DNA of 63,971 nucleotides from Bacteroidales bacterium (GTDB lineage Bacteria; Bacteroidota; Bacteroidia; Bacteroidales; UBA7960): NCBI GenBank assembly GCA_003567625.1, contig PWZB01000136.1, positions 1 to 63,971 of the forward strand, read 5' to 3'. Shown piece by piece: positions 62,348 to 63,971 of this stretch (position 1 is its first letter; each line of letters starts with the position of its first letter). The notes under the pieces were generated by a model. It saw only the letters and a program-made list of their open reading frames with translations, ran no database searches and was not told where the DNA came from. The position numbers and the translations under genes were made by a program.

Positions 62348-63478
62348 TTATTTTAGCTCCGGAATTATGACAGTTGCTTTTGTGCCGCGATGTTTTTTAC
62401 TTTCAATATTAATTTTCCCCAAAATCTTTTCTATTACCGAACGGCAAATTATTAATCCCAGGCCTGTGCCTTTTTCGTTGTTAGTACCGATAGTTTTAGG
62501 ATGTGGCGTATCAAGCTGGAAAATGTGCTTAACAACATCCTTATCCATGCCAATACCATTGTCTTCTATAATAATACGGGTATTAGAACTTTTATTTATT
62601 GCTTCGGCTCTAATTATTATATTTCCGTTTTTGTGTGAATATTTTATCGCATTTGAAATAAGATGAAACATAACGGTGCTTAAAGCCATTTTATCTGTTA
62701 TTAGTTTAATATTTTCATCATATTTACTAATTATATTGGTTTTTTTTTGACTTATATCGCTTTGAAAGTTTTCAATGGTATTATTCAATAAATCATGAAA
62801 TTTTATATTCTCCGGTTTTATTTCTCTTTGGCTTGTTTCTATTGATGACCATTCTATAAGGTTTTCCAAAAATTTATAAAGTTCTTTTGAATCGTCGTAC
62901 AGAATTCTTGCCATTTTAACAACTTCGCTGGTTTTTTCACTATTGTCTTCCAGGTCTTTTACCAAAAATCCTGCTATACCCTTAACGCCAATAAGAATGT
63001 CTTTGATGTCGTTGGTCATAATTGAAAAGAACTTCGTTTTAATAAGATTCATCTCCTTATTTTCATCAATTTTTCTTTTTAATTCCAGGTGTGTTTTAAT
63101 TATCAGCCTGGTTTCCGAAGGAGTAAATAATTTTGTGATATTATCAGAAGCTCCTGCATCAAAAAATTCTTCAATATTTCCGGGTTTTTCCTTTTCTGTA
63201 ACTATTATTACCGGTATATGGTGAGTTCTGAAATCATTTTTTAATGCCTTTAAAATTTGAAAATTTTTATTATTTCGCTTTGAAATGTCTTTTAGTATTA
63301 GGTCTGGTTGAAGATTACCGGCTTTTTTTATAACATTATCCACAGGTTGCGAGTGAAGGAAGTGGTAATTTTTATCAAATCTGTTGTTAAGGGTTTTTAA
63401 AAATTCTTTATCGTTGGTTACGACAATAATTTTATATGGCTTGGTTGTAGTATCTGTTTTTGTGCTCATTTTTGGCAT
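62348..63478 (-). CDS. Receiver domain + degenerate HisKA (Asn at the phospho-His position) + HATPase_c hybrid
   Basis: REC: KIIVVTND, PDLILKDIS, VIIVTEK. The DHp-like helix FFSIMTNDIKDIL aligns with F..N.SHELRTPL, placing N156 where His is expected. The ATPase domain has IIIEDNGIGMD and GTGLGLIICRSVI. Confidence 0.75.
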   Translation of the reverse strand: MPKMSTKTDTTTKPYKIIVVTNDKEFLKTLNNRFDKNYHFLHSQPVDNVIKKAGNLQPDLILKDISKRNNKNFQILKALKNDFRTHHIPVIIVTEKEKPGNIEEFFDAGASDNITKLFTPSETRLIIKTHLELKRKIDENKEMNLIKTKFFSIMTNDIKDILIGVKGIAGFLVKDLEDNSEKTSEVVKMARILYDDSKELYKFLENLIEWSSIETSQREIKPENIKFHDLLNNTIENFQSDISQKKTNIISKYDENIKLITDKMALSTVMFHLISNAIKYSHKNGNIIIRAEAINKSSNTRIIIEDNGIGMDKDVVKHIFQLDTPHPKTIGTNNEKGTGLGLIICRSVIEKILGKINIESKKHRGTKATVIIPELK

Positions 63479-63971
63479 ATGTAAACTTTGAGTTTTTGTA
63501 ATTTTAACAAACGGAATATCAAAAAAGAGAACTAATAATTAACCTGTTTCCAATTTAATTATAAAATTAAGCTGAAATAAATTAAAAACAAAGCAAAATA
63601 ATAATAATATTTCAAACTTTACCAACTTATTATGAAAAACGTATTTTGATGAATAATGTTTTTTGTTGAATCCTCTTTGTTAACGGCTTATGCAGAATTG
63701 ATCATCTTTTTCAAATCGAATGTCAGACTTTGTATATTTAAACGAATAAATTTCAGATTAAAATAAAAATTCAGGTATAGGCGTTTAGATATCCCAAGAT
63801 GTATATACGGAAAAGTTGGAAACTTTCGAAGGAGCTTCCCAGTTCCTGCGGTCGTAAGGCAGTATGTTTGTAAAATAAAAAGCATAAGTCTTCTATATTT
63901 TTAGTAAAATTGTATTAACGAAAAATATTATTAACTAAAAAAGAAGACTTATGCAAGCGAAAGATACAAAA

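Noticed and set aside
1-63971. Genomic island, prophage or conjugative element
   Set aside because: There is no integrase, transposase, phage structural or conjugation gene, and no flanking tRNA. Housekeeping genes are interspersed throughout. Only small non-autonomous repeats look mobile.

Overview
A 64 kb, low-GC chromosomal segment that looks like Bacteroidota. The evidence is T9SS parts (DUF5103 plug-like, PorT-like), two cargo proteins with T9SS C-terminal sorting domains, a CarboxypepD_reg-type TonB-dependent receptor and a complete Na+-NQR operon. I recognise about 48 protein-coding genes. By eye I found no rRNA, tRNA, CRISPR array, transposase, integrase or phage genes. Most genes are housekeeping: parE, pgk, nqrABCDEF, apbE, recN, cysQ, copA, aminotransferases and an acyl-CoA dehydrogenase. 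The strongest candidate for an undescribed system is an 11.4 kb run of ten same-strand genes (8045..19475, minus strand). It runs from an orphan cheR and a receiver-less cheB, through a TM-GAF protein, to a SiaA/SiaB/SiaC-type partner switch that lacks the SiaD diguanylate cyclase. A 1046-aa TerB-like/ABC-ATPase/ABC-2 permease fusion follows directly, then a lipoprotein, a small secreted protein and a single-domain response regulator. Other notable items:
- A single in-frame TAA in the otherwise intact essential gene parE.
- Two tandem secreted agmatine-deiminase/PPAD-family paralogues with T9SS sorting domains.
- A secreted caspase-fold protein with Gly at the catalytic Cys position.
- A PP2C-TM-LysM phosphatase.
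- A lipoprotein serpin.
- A REC-kinase hybrid lacking the phospho-His.
- Very repeat-rich intergenic DNA: 7-nt tandem arrays with the same composite layout upstream of two genes, a MITE-like element with terminal inverted repeats and a 6-bp duplication, a perfect 43-nt GC palindrome, and several REP-like families.
All calls come from reading the ORF translations and the DNA by eye. No database search was run. Family assignments rest on remembered motifs and similarity statements are qualitative.
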